Below, in pieces: positions 1-10,275 of a DNA stretch of 64,000 bases. This DNA is from Marispirochaeta sp. (lineage in GTDB: Bacteria; Spirochaetota; Spirochaetia; JC444; Marispirochaetaceae). The position numbers and the translations under genes are program-made. Under the pieces are notes generated by a model. It was not told the DNA's origin. It worked only from the letters and a program-made list of their open reading frames with translations, and ran no database searches. The DNA lies in the NCBI GenBank assembly GCA_963676835.2, contig CAXXFF010000001.1:512001-576000 (forward strand), read 5' to 3'. Position 1 is the stretch's first letter. The number at the start of each line of letters is the position of its first letter.

Positions 1-231
1 GGTGAGACCATGGCGGTACTCATGGTTGCAGGAAATGCCATCACCATGCCGACCAATCCGCTCTCGTTGACCAGAACCCTCACCATGAACGTCGCAACCG
101 ATATGTCCTATGCCTCCGGGGCTCACTGGACCAGTCTGTTCACCACCGGAATGGTACTGTTCGTCTTTATTCTGATTATCAACATTTCGGTACAGGTTCT
201 TCTGAAACAGGCCGTCAAGGAGACCAAATAA
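1..231 (+). CDS. pstC: Phosphate ABC transporter permease PstC, 3' end only (runs off window)
   Basis: GETMAVLMVAGN...RTLT...LFTTGMVLFVFILIIN is the PstC C-terminal signature; its stop overlaps the pstA start. Confidence 0.9.
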   Translation, partial: GETMAVLMVAGNAITMPTNPLSLTRTLTMNVATDMSYASGAHWTSLFTTGMVLFVFILIINISVQVLLKQAVKETK

Positions 232-1871
232 TGGAACTCAGTAAATCTACCCGTATCAGCAAAATGCAGGAAAACATTGCCAGAGGGGTTATCTGGTCTT
301 TTGCGGGCCTGACAATCGTTATCCTGGTCTGGATTGTAGGATATATTCTCTACCGCGGATTTTATTCCCGCCAGTATATCCCCTATGAGGTTCTTCCTAT
401 AGAAGAGACCGTCCTCCCCGTTGACGCAGAGGGAGATGCGGGGCTTAAAGTTATAGTAAACAAGAAAATAAAACTCGATGTACTTACCATGAGTCAGCTT
501 AATACCCTGTTTACCAAAAGCCGCCGGGAAAACTGGGGCTTTTATACACAGCAGGATATAAAGGTTCAGCCCTTTGCCTATAAATCGAACCAGAGCAGCA
601 GTTCCTTCGAGTATAAAGCGGAAAACACACTGCTGATGGAGGCTGAGAAACTGTCGAAATATACAACCTTTGTATCCACCCCCCAAGAGATGATTGAGAT
701 GGTTCACTCAACCCCCGGTGCAGTAGGCTACCTGCCTGCCGATTTTGACGGCAGCATTAAAGGGGTTAAAACAATACCGATCCGCAACTACGGCCTGATT
801 TTCAATGCAGCCACCCTGGAAGTTGAAAACAACAAAAAACTTCAGGAGCTGGATGAAGATAAGCTGAAAGATATTTTCCGCAAAAGCGAAGAAAACTGGC
901 TGGCCCTGGGAGGGATTGATCTTCCCGTAAAACCCGCGCTCTACGATTTCGGCAACGGTTTTCTCAAAAGCTTTACCGACACCTACATGAATAAAACTCC
1001 CATGGAGGCCGGTATCGCACTGTACAGCGATTTAGATAAATACTTCCAGTTTATCGCCGCTACTCCCGGAGCCGTGGGAGTTGCCCCCTATGCGGTAATA
1101 CAGGAGAAACAGCTCTCCTCGGTACCGGTAATTCATAAAGAGACCGGATGGAACCTTACCCTTGATTTTCTGATAAAGCCCCCTGCCCGCTCAGGTGCCT
1201 GGGGAGGTATCTCCTACATTATAATCAACACTCTGGTGCTGATCCTCGCAACCCTGCTGATCTCAACACCTATAGGTGTGGCGGCGGCTATCTATCTCAC
1301 AGAATACGCCAAACAGGGACCGCTGCTCAAACTCCTCAGAATGGGTACTGAAACCCTTGCGGGTATTCCCTCCATCGTTTTCGGACTCTTCGGCCGCATC
1401 TTCTTCGTGCAGATTCTCGGTATGGGGATCGGATTTCTCTCCTCCACCCTGACCATTACATTAATGATTCTGCCAACCATTGTACGCACCTCCGAGGAGG
1501 CACTCTCTGCAGTGCCCACTACTTTCAGGGAAGGATCCCTGGCTCTGGGAGCAACCAAGTTTGAAACTATCCGCAAGGTTGTACTTTCTGCAGCCAGCCC
1601 GGGAATACTTACCGGCGTAATTCTCGGTATCGGCCGGGTTGTCGGCGAGACAGCGGTTCTGCTCTACACCCTGGGATCAAGCTACGAGCTGGTTTCCGGC
1701 CCGAGCTCCCCTGCCCGCGTATTGAGCCTTCACCTCTACCTGCTCTTCTCCGAGGCGGTCTCATTCGACCGGGCCTTCGCCACCGGGACGGTGCTAATTT
1801 TCATTATTCTCATTGTAAACAGACTGACAACCAGAATGATCAGCCGTATGAACAAAATGGCGGGATCCTGA
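231..1871 (+). CDS. pstA: Phosphate ABC transporter permease PstA with large extracytoplasmic insertion
   Basis: LAGIPSIVFGLFG, EGSLALGATK, GRVVGETA motifs; ~270 aa soluble insert after TM1. Confidence 0.9.
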   Translation: MELSKSTRISKMQENIARGVIWSFAGLTIVILVWIVGYILYRGFYSRQYIPYEVLPIEETVLPVDAEGDAGLKVIVNKKIKLDVLTMSQLNTLFTKSRRENWGFYTQQDIKVQPFAYKSNQSSSSFEYKAENTLLMEAEKLSKYTTFVSTPQEMIEMVHSTPGAVGYLPADFDGSIKGVKTIPIRNYGLIFNAATLEVENNKKLQELDEDKLKDIFRKSEENWLALGGIDLPVKPALYDFGNGFLKSFTDTYMNKTPMEAGIALYSDLDKYFQFIAATPGAVGVAPYAVIQEKQLSSVPVIHKETGWNLTLDFLIKPPARSGAWGGISYIIINTLVLILATLLISTPIGVAAAIYLTEYAKQGPLLKLLRMGTETLAGIPSIVFGLFGRIFFVQILGMGIGFLSSTLTITLMILPTIVRTSEEALSAVPTTFREGSLALGATKFETIRKVVLSAASPGILTGVILGIGRVVGETAVLLYTLGSSYELVSGPSSPARVLSLHLYLLFSEAVSFDRAFATGTVLIFIILIVNRLTTRMISRMNKMAGS

Positions 1872-1915
1872 ATCAATCCCTAAGGGATCACAAGCAATAA
1901 ACCAGGAGTAAAGAG

Positions 1916-2674
1916 ATGGATAACAATATAAAACTGCAGTGTAAAGATCTTAACCTTTTCTATGGAGATTTTCAGGCTCTCCACGACATAAGCATGGACG
2001 TGGAAGCCAACAAGGTAACCGCCCTTATCGGCCCGTCAGGCTGCGGAAAATCGACCTTTTTAAGAACCCTTAACAGAATGAACGACATTCTTGACTATGT
2101 GCGCATAACCGGTGAAGTCAGCTACGACGGTGTTAACATCTTTACCGACTACGATGTAATCGAGCTGAGAAAGCGGATCGGCATGGTTTTCCAGAAACCG
2201 AACCCCTTTCCCATGAGTGTTTTCGACAACGTCGCCTACGGCCCCAAGCTTCACGGAGTCAAGGACAAATCCGAGCTGGAGGAGATTGTCGAGAAAGCTC
2301 TCCGGCAGGCGGCTATCTGGGATGAAATTAAAGACCGGCTCTACAAGCCTGCCCTGGGGATTTCCGGAGGGCAGCAGCAGAGACTCTGCATTGCCCGAAC
2401 CCTCGCGGTTAATCCCGATGTGGTTCTCATGGATGAACCAACTTCAGCCCTGGACCCGATATCAACCTCAAGAATCGAGGATCTTATCGATGAACTGAAA
2501 ACCCAATATACCATCATAATTGTAACCCACAACATGCAGCAGGCAGGCCGGGTATCGGACTACACCGCCTTCTTTCTCAACGGTGTTATAGAAGAGTTTG
2601 GAACCACTGAAAAAATATTCTTCAACCCGGAAAACCCCCAGACTGAAGCATATATAACCGGTAAGTTCGGCTGA
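1916..2674 (+). CDS. pstB: Phosphate ABC transporter ATP-binding protein
   Basis: [39 protein letters not shown]. Confidence 0.97.
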   Translation: MDNNIKLQCKDLNLFYGDFQALHDISMDVEANKVTALIGPSGCGKSTFLRTLNRMNDILDYVRITGEVSYDGVNIFTDYDVIELRKRIGMVFQKPNPFPMSVFDNVAYGPKLHGVKDKSELEEIVEKALRQAAIWDEIKDRLYKPALGISGGQQQRLCIARTLAVNPDVVLMDEPTSALDPISTSRIEDLIDELKTQYTIIIVTHNMQQAGRVSDYTAFFLNGVIEEFGTTEKIFFNPENPQTEAYITGKFG

Positions 2675-2702
2675 TATCAGTAATATGTAAGGAGCAGGCA
2701 GG

Positions 2703-3368
2703 ATGTCTTCAGTCCCCAGACGTCACTTCTCATCCAACCTCTATGACCTTCACCAGGAGATCCTCAAAATGGGAGTGCTGGTGGAGGAGATTATCCGCAA
2801 AGCTATCCTTGCCCTTAAAAACAGGGATGAGTTTCTGGCCGCAGAGGTACTGAAGGATGATGACGCCGTAAACGATATTGAAACCCGTATAAACGACAAG
2901 GCGGTTATCCTCCTGGCCACCGAGCAGCCCGTGGCAGGAGATCTGCGTTTTATAGTTTCTGCCATCAAGGCTGCCAATGAACTTGAACGCATAGCGGATC
3001 AGGCTGTGCATGTGGCTAAATGTTCTCTTAAGATCGGGGATGAAAAACTAATCAAACCCCTTGTAGACATTCCCCGCATGACAGAGCTCTGTATTCTGAT
3101 GATCCATGACATTCTGTCAGCACTGGTAGAAAATGATGCGGACAAAGCACGGAAAATCGCCGAAATGGATGACGAAATCGATGAACTTCACAATCGGGTA
3201 TCCCGGGAAATGGTCTCGTACATGCTTGAAGACAGTTCACGGATAAGTCAGGGGCTGGAACTCTCTTTTGCAGCCCGGTACATAGAGCGGATCGGGGATC
3301 ATGTAACCAATATCGCCGAGCTGATCGTCTATAACGCCACCGGAAAAAGAGTCGAATTAAACAGGTAA
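2703..3368 (+). CDS. phoU: Phosphate signalling protein PhoU
   Basis: QPVAGDLR, ELERIADQA, IERIGDHVTNIAE. Confidence 0.95.
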   Translation: MSSVPRRHFSSNLYDLHQEILKMGVLVEEIIRKAILALKNRDEFLAAEVLKDDDAVNDIETRINDKAVILLATEQPVAGDLRFIVSAIKAANELERIADQAVHVAKCSLKIGDEKLIKPLVDIPRMTELCILMIHDILSALVENDADKARKIAEMDDEIDELHNRVSREMVSYMLEDSSRISQGLELSFAARYIERIGDHVTNIAELIVYNATGKRVELNR

Positions 3369-3407
3369 CAAAACAAAACCGTAACATAAAGGTACAGGAA
3401 AAGAACA

Positions 3408-4118
3408 ATGTCAGAAGAACGACTGCTTATTGTTGATGATGAAGAATACATCCGGGAGCTCCTCAGTTTCAATCTGAAAAAAGAGGGGTACGCCATATCT
3501 TCCGCCGCCAGCGGAGAGGAGGCTCTGGAATCAGTGCTGAGCAACCCTCCGGATCTGATAATCCTGGATCTTATGCTTCCGGGAGTTGATGGCATTGAAG
3601 TATGTCAGCGGCTGAAAAAAGATCCGAAAACCAGGAATATTCCGGTAATTATGATTACAGCAAAAAGCGAGGATACCGATGTTATTCTCGGACTCGAGAT
3701 AGGTGCTGATGATTATATCACCAAACCCTTCAGCCCCAGGATAATCACTGCCAGGGTAAGAGCGGTACTGCGAAGAAAAGGCAGCCCGGAAGATGAGGCG
3801 GCAAGGGGAGAAAAGTTTATCATCCACGATATAACCATAGATTTCGCCCGTCATGAGGTAACCTGCGGAGATGAAGCGGTGGACCTCAGCGTAACAGAGT
3901 TTTCCATCCTTGAGTTTCTTTCCCGCAATGCGGGCTGGGTTTTTTCCCGCAGCCAGATTATCGGGGCAGTCAAGGGAGACGATTACCCGGTTACTGAAAG
4001 GGCTGTGGACGTACAGATTCTGGGTTTACGCAAAAAACTTGGAGATCGGGGCAACTATATTGAGACTGTCCGCGGTGTCGGCTACCGCATGCGGGAATCT
4101 GTGGAGCAGGCGGTCTAA
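3408..4118 (+). CDS. phoB: OmpR/PhoB-family response regulator
   Basis: REC domain (DLMLPG, GADDYITKPF) plus winged helix (ETVRGVGY); downstream of the pst operon. Confidence 0.85.
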   Translation: MSEERLLIVDDEEYIRELLSFNLKKEGYAISSAASGEEALESVLSNPPDLIILDLMLPGVDGIEVCQRLKKDPKTRNIPVIMITAKSEDTDVILGLEIGADDYITKPFSPRIITARVRAVLRRKGSPEDEAARGEKFIIHDITIDFARHEVTCGDEAVDLSVTEFSILEFLSRNAGWVFSRSQIIGAVKGDDYPVTERAVDVQILGLRKKLGDRGNYIETVRGVGYRMRESVEQAV

Positions 4119-5134
4119 TCGACGCAGGTCTGATTTCTTCCCTCAGCCTTGGCCCTGTACATGGCGGAATCGGCCCGGGCAATCCATGCTTCCCGGGTCT
4201 CCATTTTCTGAAACTGTGCAACCCCCAGGGAGGCAGTGTAGGTAATAACAGCCCCTTCAGCCTCTACACGGCAATCCATAATTGCCGTGCGGAAACGTTC
4301 GGCGATTATGAGAGCCTGATCCTTATAGGTATTGGGGAGAACAAGAAAGAATTCCTCTCCCCCGTATCTCCCGGCGTGGTCGTATTTTCTCAAGGTTCCC
4401 TGAAGCTTCATTCCTATTTCCCGGATAACCAGATCTCCCACAGGGTGTCCATAGTTATCGTTGATAAACTTGAAATGATCGATATCCATCATAATACCTG
4501 ACAGGGGCGTATTTGTACGCCGTGACCGTTCTATTTCGATATCGATAAGGGTAAAAAGACTCATACGGTTCAGCAGCCCTGAAAGCATGTCGTACTTGGC
4601 AATATGTTCAAGCTCTTCCTTGGTTTTCTCAAGCTGCTCCTTCTCCCCTTCAACTACTTCAAGGGTCTGTTTCAGATGGAGATGCCGATCGAGAATCTTA
4701 CTGGCAAGCTCCTCTTCCTGTTTCACCGCCTGGCGGTAAAACTCCCGCTCTTCGTAAAGGCGGACTTCGCTTCTGAGGCGGATATGTGATGCTTTTATGC
4801 GGGTCTGGAACTCGAGCTTGCGTAAAGGCTTCTGGATGTAATCATCAGCTCCTCCTTCGAGGGATTCATTGAGAAGCTTTTTTCTGGCAGCGGTAATGAC
4901 AATCTGCAGGGGGCGCTGGAAGTACTGCTTACGGAACTCCATGGCCAGCTCTCTCCACGAAGGATCCCTTACATCGAGGCTGATGACACAGATATTGATT
5001 TCTTCGCTTTTCAGAAAATTCAGGGCTTCACAGGAGCTTTCAGCAGCAAAAACCTGATAGCCTTCTCCCTCGAGGCAGGATTGCATGAATTCAAGATCTT
5101 CCAAGTGCGTATCAACCAGCAGAATACGGGTCAT
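4115..5134 (-). CDS. REC-like + GGDEF diguanylate cyclase
   Basis: DIDHFKFINDNYGH, RxxD I-site (RKYD), GGEEF. Confidence 0.9.
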   Translation of the reverse strand: MTRILLVDTHLEDLEFMQSCLEGEGYQVFAAESSCEALNFLKSEEINICVISLDVRDPSWRELAMEFRKQYFQRPLQIVITAARKKLLNESLEGGADDYIQKPLRKLEFQTRIKASHIRLRSEVRLYEEREFYRQAVKQEEELASKILDRHLHLKQTLEVVEGEKEQLEKTKEELEHIAKYDMLSGLLNRMSLFTLIDIEIERSRRTNTPLSGIMMDIDHFKFINDNYGHPVGDLVIREIGMKLQGTLRKYDHAGRYGGEEFFLVLPNTYKDQALIIAERFRTAIMDCRVEAEGAVITYTASLGVAQFQKMETREAWIARADSAMYRAKAEGRNQTCVD

Positions 5135-5163
5135 GTACCACCTATTTCTTCACATATTTTTAT

Positions 5164-6450
5164 TTAAAGTCCCAGCAAGTAGAGCAGAACCTGAACCCCT
5201 CCTATAACTGATCCAAGAAATGCACCGAAAATATTGATCCACTTAAGCTGCTTCTCTATCACTTCTAATAATAATGTCTCAACTCTCTCAATAGCAAGAG
5301 AATCAATCCGGTTTACAACAAGTTTCTCAATATCGACCACCTGCAGTGCTCCGGGAACGGCTTTCCTTATCAGATCGCCCGCTGCATCGGCAACTACCGG
5401 TACAAGCTGTTCCGAACCGCCTCTGTTCCAGTCAAGCAGATCGCCGATGAGAACATTGTCCGGCAGGTGTCCCATCAGCTGCCGCAGGGAAAATTTTCCT
5501 ATACCCGCAAGCAGATCAGGCTTATCAAGAATTCCCCTGAAGGCATTGGAAAAGTCTTCTGAACCCTTGGTCCTAAACAGCTCCTTCAGCGACCTTTTTC
5601 TGTTTCTGTTAAGATACTCCCGGAATGTGCTCACAAGGGAATCAGCGGTACTGGGAGATTCTATACTTTCTGTCAGGCTCTGACTGAAGCGGTCCACCAG
5701 ATAAGACATCTTCTCTTCCATAGTCCGGTCGTACTGCCCGGCAATAACAAAAAGACGCTGAAAGCTGTTCAAACTGTCCACGGCATCCCGCATCAGCAGG
5801 ACTCCCCGGCGATGCAGCTCTCTGCGGGTTGCCGGTCGATTAAGCCACTGAAGGATAAGTTCCCGCAGCAGAGGAAAGGCCCGTTCCATGGCGGCAATTA
5901 CTGCCGATTCCACAGAGGGGGAGACCAAATCGCCAAGGGTACATTCCTGGCTCAGCTTTGTATCGAGAAACCCTTTCTCCTCAAGGCCGGGATCACTGCC
6001 GCAGGCAAAGTTCTCCAGAAATGAGCGGAGAGAGCTGTTTAAAAGTTCGTGCAGCCCCCGGGAGCTGCCCACTGTCTGGAGTACAGCAGGAATAAATCCC
6101 TCTTTTCCATCCAGGCTCTGCAGCAGAGGCTTCAGGGGCAGATCGGCCCATTCATTTCCGGTTTTTAACAGAGCATCTTCGACTGCATGTCTGAAAGAGT
6201 CGGTTTCAAGCTGGGCGGTTACCGACTCTTCTGTAAACAGTTCCCGGGCAACCTGGCGTCCGATGCTTTTTGAAAGCTCATAGCGCTGCCTGGGTATTAT
6301 CCCCGGTGTCAGAGGCACCGGAATACCCAGAAACCTTTTCTTCTCATGAGGCCGGAATAGCATGATTATGGCAATTTTATTGGTTACATAGCCGATAAGC
6401 GCCCCGGCTGCGGGGGGAATAGTAAGGGCTGCAATAAATCCCGGGTCCAT
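5164..6450 (-). CDS. DUF445-family membrane protein
   Basis: GALIGYVTNKIAIIMLFRP...GIIP at the N-terminus and LKWINIFGAFLG at the C-terminus. Confidence 0.8.
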   Translation of the reverse strand: MDPGFIAALTIPPAAGALIGYVTNKIAIIMLFRPHEKKRFLGIPVPLTPGIIPRQRYELSKSIGRQVARELFTEESVTAQLETDSFRHAVEDALLKTGNEWADLPLKPLLQSLDGKEGFIPAVLQTVGSSRGLHELLNSSLRSFLENFACGSDPGLEEKGFLDTKLSQECTLGDLVSPSVESAVIAAMERAFPLLRELILQWLNRPATRRELHRRGVLLMRDAVDSLNSFQRLFVIAGQYDRTMEEKMSYLVDRFSQSLTESIESPSTADSLVSTFREYLNRNRKRSLKELFRTKGSEDFSNAFRGILDKPDLLAGIGKFSLRQLMGHLPDNVLIGDLLDWNRGGSEQLVPVVADAAGDLIRKAVPGALQVVDIEKLVVNRIDSLAIERVETLLLEVIEKQLKWINIFGAFLGSVIGGVQVLLYLLGL

Positions 6451-6465
6451 TACAAAACCGTGGGG

Positions 6466-6885
6466 CTAGCGGCTTTCCCTGGCCGCTCTGAGAGCCTGTT
6501 CCTTGGTACTGTACATCTCAACATAAGCTCCGAAGACCCAGCCGATGAGCCCGTCATAGGAAACCTGGTACCAGTAGCCTTCCCGTCCTTCAACCTCAAG
6601 CTTCCTGCCGGACTGGCTCAAAACCTCAAGCACCACATCACGCCGGTTCCAGAAAGTAGTAACCACATCGCTTCCAGCATCGGGAGCGGAACGCAGTCTC
6701 AGATGAGAAGAGGTGATGACACCCCATTTTTCCCGCATGGAGAGAATCGGCGTGGGCGGCAGGTTTATGGACGTTACCGGCTCTTCTTTTGCGCAGGAGG
6801 CAGCAAGTACCAGGAGAAAAATGGAATATACTGCAAATCTGCCCTTTAACTGCTTACACCGCATTCTGTTACAACTCTTTCTCAT
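6466..6885 (-). CDS. SH3b-domain lipoprotein (start uncertain)
   Basis: LAASC lipobox-like; LRLRSAP...WYQVSYDGLIGWVFG. Confidence 0.7.
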   Translation of the reverse strand: MRKSCNRMRCKQLKGRFAVYSIFLLVLAASCAKEEPVTSINLPPTPILSMREKWGVITSSHLRLRSAPDAGSDVVTTFWNRRDVVLEVLSQSGRKLEVEGREGYWYQVSYDGLIGWVFGAYVEMYSTKEQALRAARESR

Positions 6886-6978
6886 TAATGAATCTTATAT
6901 AAGGATATCGGCATGGATTATAGCACAGCCCGGGAAGGATGTCAGGATTCCTTTTTACTGCCCTTTTTAATCCCCTTT

Positions 6979-8961
6979 TTAATCCCCTTTTAAACGCTGT
7001 ATCTCGTCCCGGATGAGGGCTGCTTTTTCGAATTCAAGATTCTTTGCCGTCTCGAGCATCTCATTCTCGAGGGCTTTTATCAGGGCTGCCTTCTCTTTTG
7101 GTATAAGAATGTTATAACTGTTCTTAAGCACATCGATAACCTTCTCTTCCGCAGCCCGGCTCTCCTCTTTCTGCCGCACCAGAATATCCTGTATCGCCTT
7201 CTTTACCGTTTGAGGGGTTATACCGTGCTCCCGGTTGTACTCCTCCTGAATAGCCCTGCGCCGGGCGGTTTCACTAATAGCCTCGGTCATGGCCCGGGAC
7301 TCCCGGTCGGCATACATGATAACCCGGCCGTCGGCGTTACGGGCAGCCCGCCCGATGGTCTGGATCAGGGATGTGGCAGAACGGAGAAAGCCGATTTTAT
7401 CGGCATCGAGAATGGCGATCAGGGCTACTTCAGGCAAATCCAGCCCTTCCCGCAGGAGGTTGATTCCCACCAGCACGTCAAAGGACCCCTGACGCAGCTG
7501 GGTAAGCAGCTCCACCCGCTCTATGGTTTCAATTTCAGAATGCAGATAACGCACCCGAACCCCCAGCCCGCTGAGGTAATCCGTAAGGTCTTCGGACATT
7601 TTCTTGGTAAGGGTAGTAATCAGGGTACGGTATCCCGCGGCGGTGCTCTTTTTTATCTCGCCGTAAAGATCCTCTATCTGGCCGTCGGTGGGCCGCACCT
7701 CAATGGGAGGATCCAGAAGCCCTGTAGGGCGGATAACCTGCTCCACAACCTGGCTTGAGCGGCGGATCTCCTCGGTCCCGGGGGTGGCGCTGACAAAAAC
7801 CGCCTGATCCAGAAGCTGCTCAAACTCGGCAAAGATAAGCGGCCGGTTATCCAGGGCCGAGGGAAGACGGAAACCATGGTTTACAAGATTGTTTTTCCTG
7901 GACCGGTCCCCCTCATACATCCCCCCTACCTGAGGCAGGGTGACATGGCTCTCATCCACCATGGTAAGAAATCCCGGTGGAAAATAATCCAATAGAACCG
8001 AGGGACGCTCTCCCTCAATACGGTTGGAAAGATGACGGGAGTAGTTCTCTATCCCGGAACAGTAGCCCATCTCCTCCATCATCTCCAGGTCGTATTCGGT
8101 ACGGGTTTTAAGCCGTTGTGCTTCCACTATGCGGCCGGCCTCATTGAGACTGGTATATTGCTCCTCAAGCTCATCCCGGATAGCCTGAAGGGATTTGTGA
8201 ATCTGATCTTCGGGCATGACAAAATGCTTGGCAGGATAGACCACACAGTGGTCGGTCTCTTCCAGAACAGTCATTCCCACCGGGTCCATGCGGCGGATAC
8301 GGGCGATCTCATCCCAGTCAAGCTCAATTCGGTAGGCATGCTCAGCATAGGCCGGGTAGATTTCCAGCACATCACCGCGGATACGGAAATTACCCCTGTC
8401 AAGGATATGATCATTCCGGGTGTACTGCAGCCCGATAAGCTGCCGGGCTATTACAGCGGAATCAGCCACATCCCCCACCTTGAAGCGCAGACGCATATCA
8501 CTGAAGGATTTCGGGCTGCCAAGGCCGTAGATGCACGAAACAGTCGCTACGATAATCACATCCTCACGTTCCATCAGTGAGGAGGTGGCCGAGAGGCGCA
8601 GCCGGTCTATCTCGTCATTGATGGACGCATCCTTCTCAATATAGAGATCCCGGGACGGGACATAGGCTTCGGGCTGATAATAATCGTAGTAGGAGACAAA
8701 GTATTCCACCGCATTATCCGGGAAGAAATCGAGGAACTCCCGGTAGAGCTGGGCGGCAAGGGTCTTGTTGTGGCTCACCACCAGGGTCGGTTTCTGTACG
8801 GCCTCGATAATCTTGGCCATGGTGAAGGTTTTTCCCGACCCGGTAACACCTTTGAGGGTCTGAAAGCGGTCCCCTCTGCGGATTCCTTCAACCAGAGATT
8901 TTATTGCCGGCCCCTGGTCTCCGGCGGGTTCATATGCGGCTTTTACGGTAAAAGAGGCCAT
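6979..8961 (-). CDS. uvrB: Excinuclease ABC subunit B
   Basis: GVTGSGKTFT, YFVSYYDYYQPEAY, DESH, GINLLREGLD, QTIGRAARN. Confidence 0.98.
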   Translation of the reverse strand: MASFTVKAAYEPAGDQGPAIKSLVEGIRRGDRFQTLKGVTGSGKTFTMAKIIEAVQKPTLVVSHNKTLAAQLYREFLDFFPDNAVEYFVSYYDYYQPEAYVPSRDLYIEKDASINDEIDRLRLSATSSLMEREDVIIVATVSCIYGLGSPKSFSDMRLRFKVGDVADSAVIARQLIGLQYTRNDHILDRGNFRIRGDVLEIYPAYAEHAYRIELDWDEIARIRRMDPVGMTVLEETDHCVVYPAKHFVMPEDQIHKSLQAIRDELEEQYTSLNEAGRIVEAQRLKTRTEYDLEMMEEMGYCSGIENYSRHLSNRIEGERPSVLLDYFPPGFLTMVDESHVTLPQVGGMYEGDRSRKNNLVNHGFRLPSALDNRPLIFAEFEQLLDQAVFVSATPGTEEIRRSSQVVEQVIRPTGLLDPPIEVRPTDGQIEDLYGEIKKSTAAGYRTLITTLTKKMSEDLTDYLSGLGVRVRYLHSEIETIERVELLTQLRQGSFDVLVGINLLREGLDLPEVALIAILDADKIGFLRSATSLIQTIGRAARNADGRVIMYADRESRAMTEAISETARRRAIQEEYNREHGITPQTVKKAIQDILVRQKEESRAAEEKVIDVLKNSYNILIPKEKAALIKALENEMLETAKNLEFEKAALIRDEIQRLKGD

Positions 8962-8964
8962 AAC

Positions 8965-10197
8965 CTAGTTCCAGTACAGCTCTTCCGGCCGTTCCGAGAG
9001 TTCAAGCTGGAAGGTTTTCTCACTTCTGCCCCGGAGAACTACAACCTCTACAATATCACCTGGCCGGTTGTCTTCCAGAGCACCCAGAAGATCCGAAATT
9101 GTCTCAGTCTCCTCACCGTCGACCTTGATAATGATATCCCCTCCGAGGTAGAGCACAGAACGGCCGTAGCGGACAGGATTGTTCTGATCCCCCCCCCGAA
9201 TGCCGGCTTTCTCCGCAGCCCCCCCACGGGTAAGCTTGGACACCAGAATCCCCTTCTCCACGGGAAGCTTGGCATAACGGACAATATTCACATCCAGCTG
9301 AACCGGGACCAGATCTATCCATCCCCGGCGGACAACACCGTATTCGATAAGATCGGGAACAATTCTACGGGCGGTATCAACGGGAGAAGCAAACCCGATT
9401 CCCACGGAGCCACCGGAGGGACTGTAGATCATGGTATTTATTCCAATCATCTCTCCCCGGGAATTAAGCAGCGGCCCCCCGGAGTTTCCGGGATTAATGC
9501 TGGCATCGGTCTGAATCATGTCCCGGATAACCATATTCGAAGAGGTCCGTACCGGCCGTCCCAGACCGGAAACAATACCGGTGGTAAGGGTACGGTCGTA
9601 ACCGAATGGGTTTCCAATGGCAAGAACCTTCTGTCCCACCTTCAGATCGGAAGAGGTTCCGAAGGGTATGGTGACAAGTTCCTTCCCCGCCGGATCAAAC
9701 TTAACCACCGCAAGGTCGTTCTCGGCATCCTTGCCTACAACCTCTCCGTCGTACTGACTGCCGTCGGCCAGGTTTATATGAACCTTATAGGCCTTCTCTA
9801 CCACATGATAGTTGGTAAGAATATATCCCCGGCGGTCTATGATGGAGCCGGAACCGGTGCCGCCGTCGGAGGGTACGGGCTCGAGAAACCAGTTGAGAGC
9901 CAGGGTTTCGGTCGTAATATTGACTACCCCCTGATTCATTCGCTCATAGGTGCGGATATTCTGCAGCTCGTCTTCGGTATACTCATTTGAGTCATTAACA
10001 AAGTAGGCATGCTCAGGGGGCAGAGGGTTTGTTTCGAGATTGAAGGAGGACTCAGGCGCGGCTTTGCTGCCGGACACCGGAATTGCAGTCTCGCCGGAAG
10101 AACGGCTGAAAAGCCCAAACCCTGCGGCAATAAGAACCACAATCAGGGCGGTGGCAAGGGTATAGAAAAGCATCTGTCCGCGGCTGTAGAGTTTCAT
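8965..10197 (-). CDS. htrA: HtrA/DegP-like serine protease with PDZ domain
   Basis: TNYHVV, DLAVVK, IQTDASINPGNSGGPL. Confidence 0.9.
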   Translation of the reverse strand: MKLYSRGQMLFYTLATALIVVLIAAGFGLFSRSSGETAIPVSGSKAAPESSFNLETNPLPPEHAYFVNDSNEYTEDELQNIRTYERMNQGVVNITTETLALNWFLEPVPSDGGTGSGSIIDRRGYILTNYHVVEKAYKVHINLADGSQYDGEVVGKDAENDLAVVKFDPAGKELVTIPFGTSSDLKVGQKVLAIGNPFGYDRTLTTGIVSGLGRPVRTSSNMVIRDMIQTDASINPGNSGGPLLNSRGEMIGINTMIYSPSGGSVGIGFASPVDTARRIVPDLIEYGVVRRGWIDLVPVQLDVNIVRYAKLPVEKGILVSKLTRGGAAEKAGIRGGDQNNPVRYGRSVLYLGGDIIIKVDGEETETISDLLGALEDNRPGDIVEVVVLRGRSEKTFQLELSERPEELYWN

Positions 10198-10275
10198 GCT
10201 GCCTCCTTACTGCAACCCTTTTAATATAGCGGTATGGAGGCCCTCTGCCAACCGAGAACAGATATTCCTAAACAA

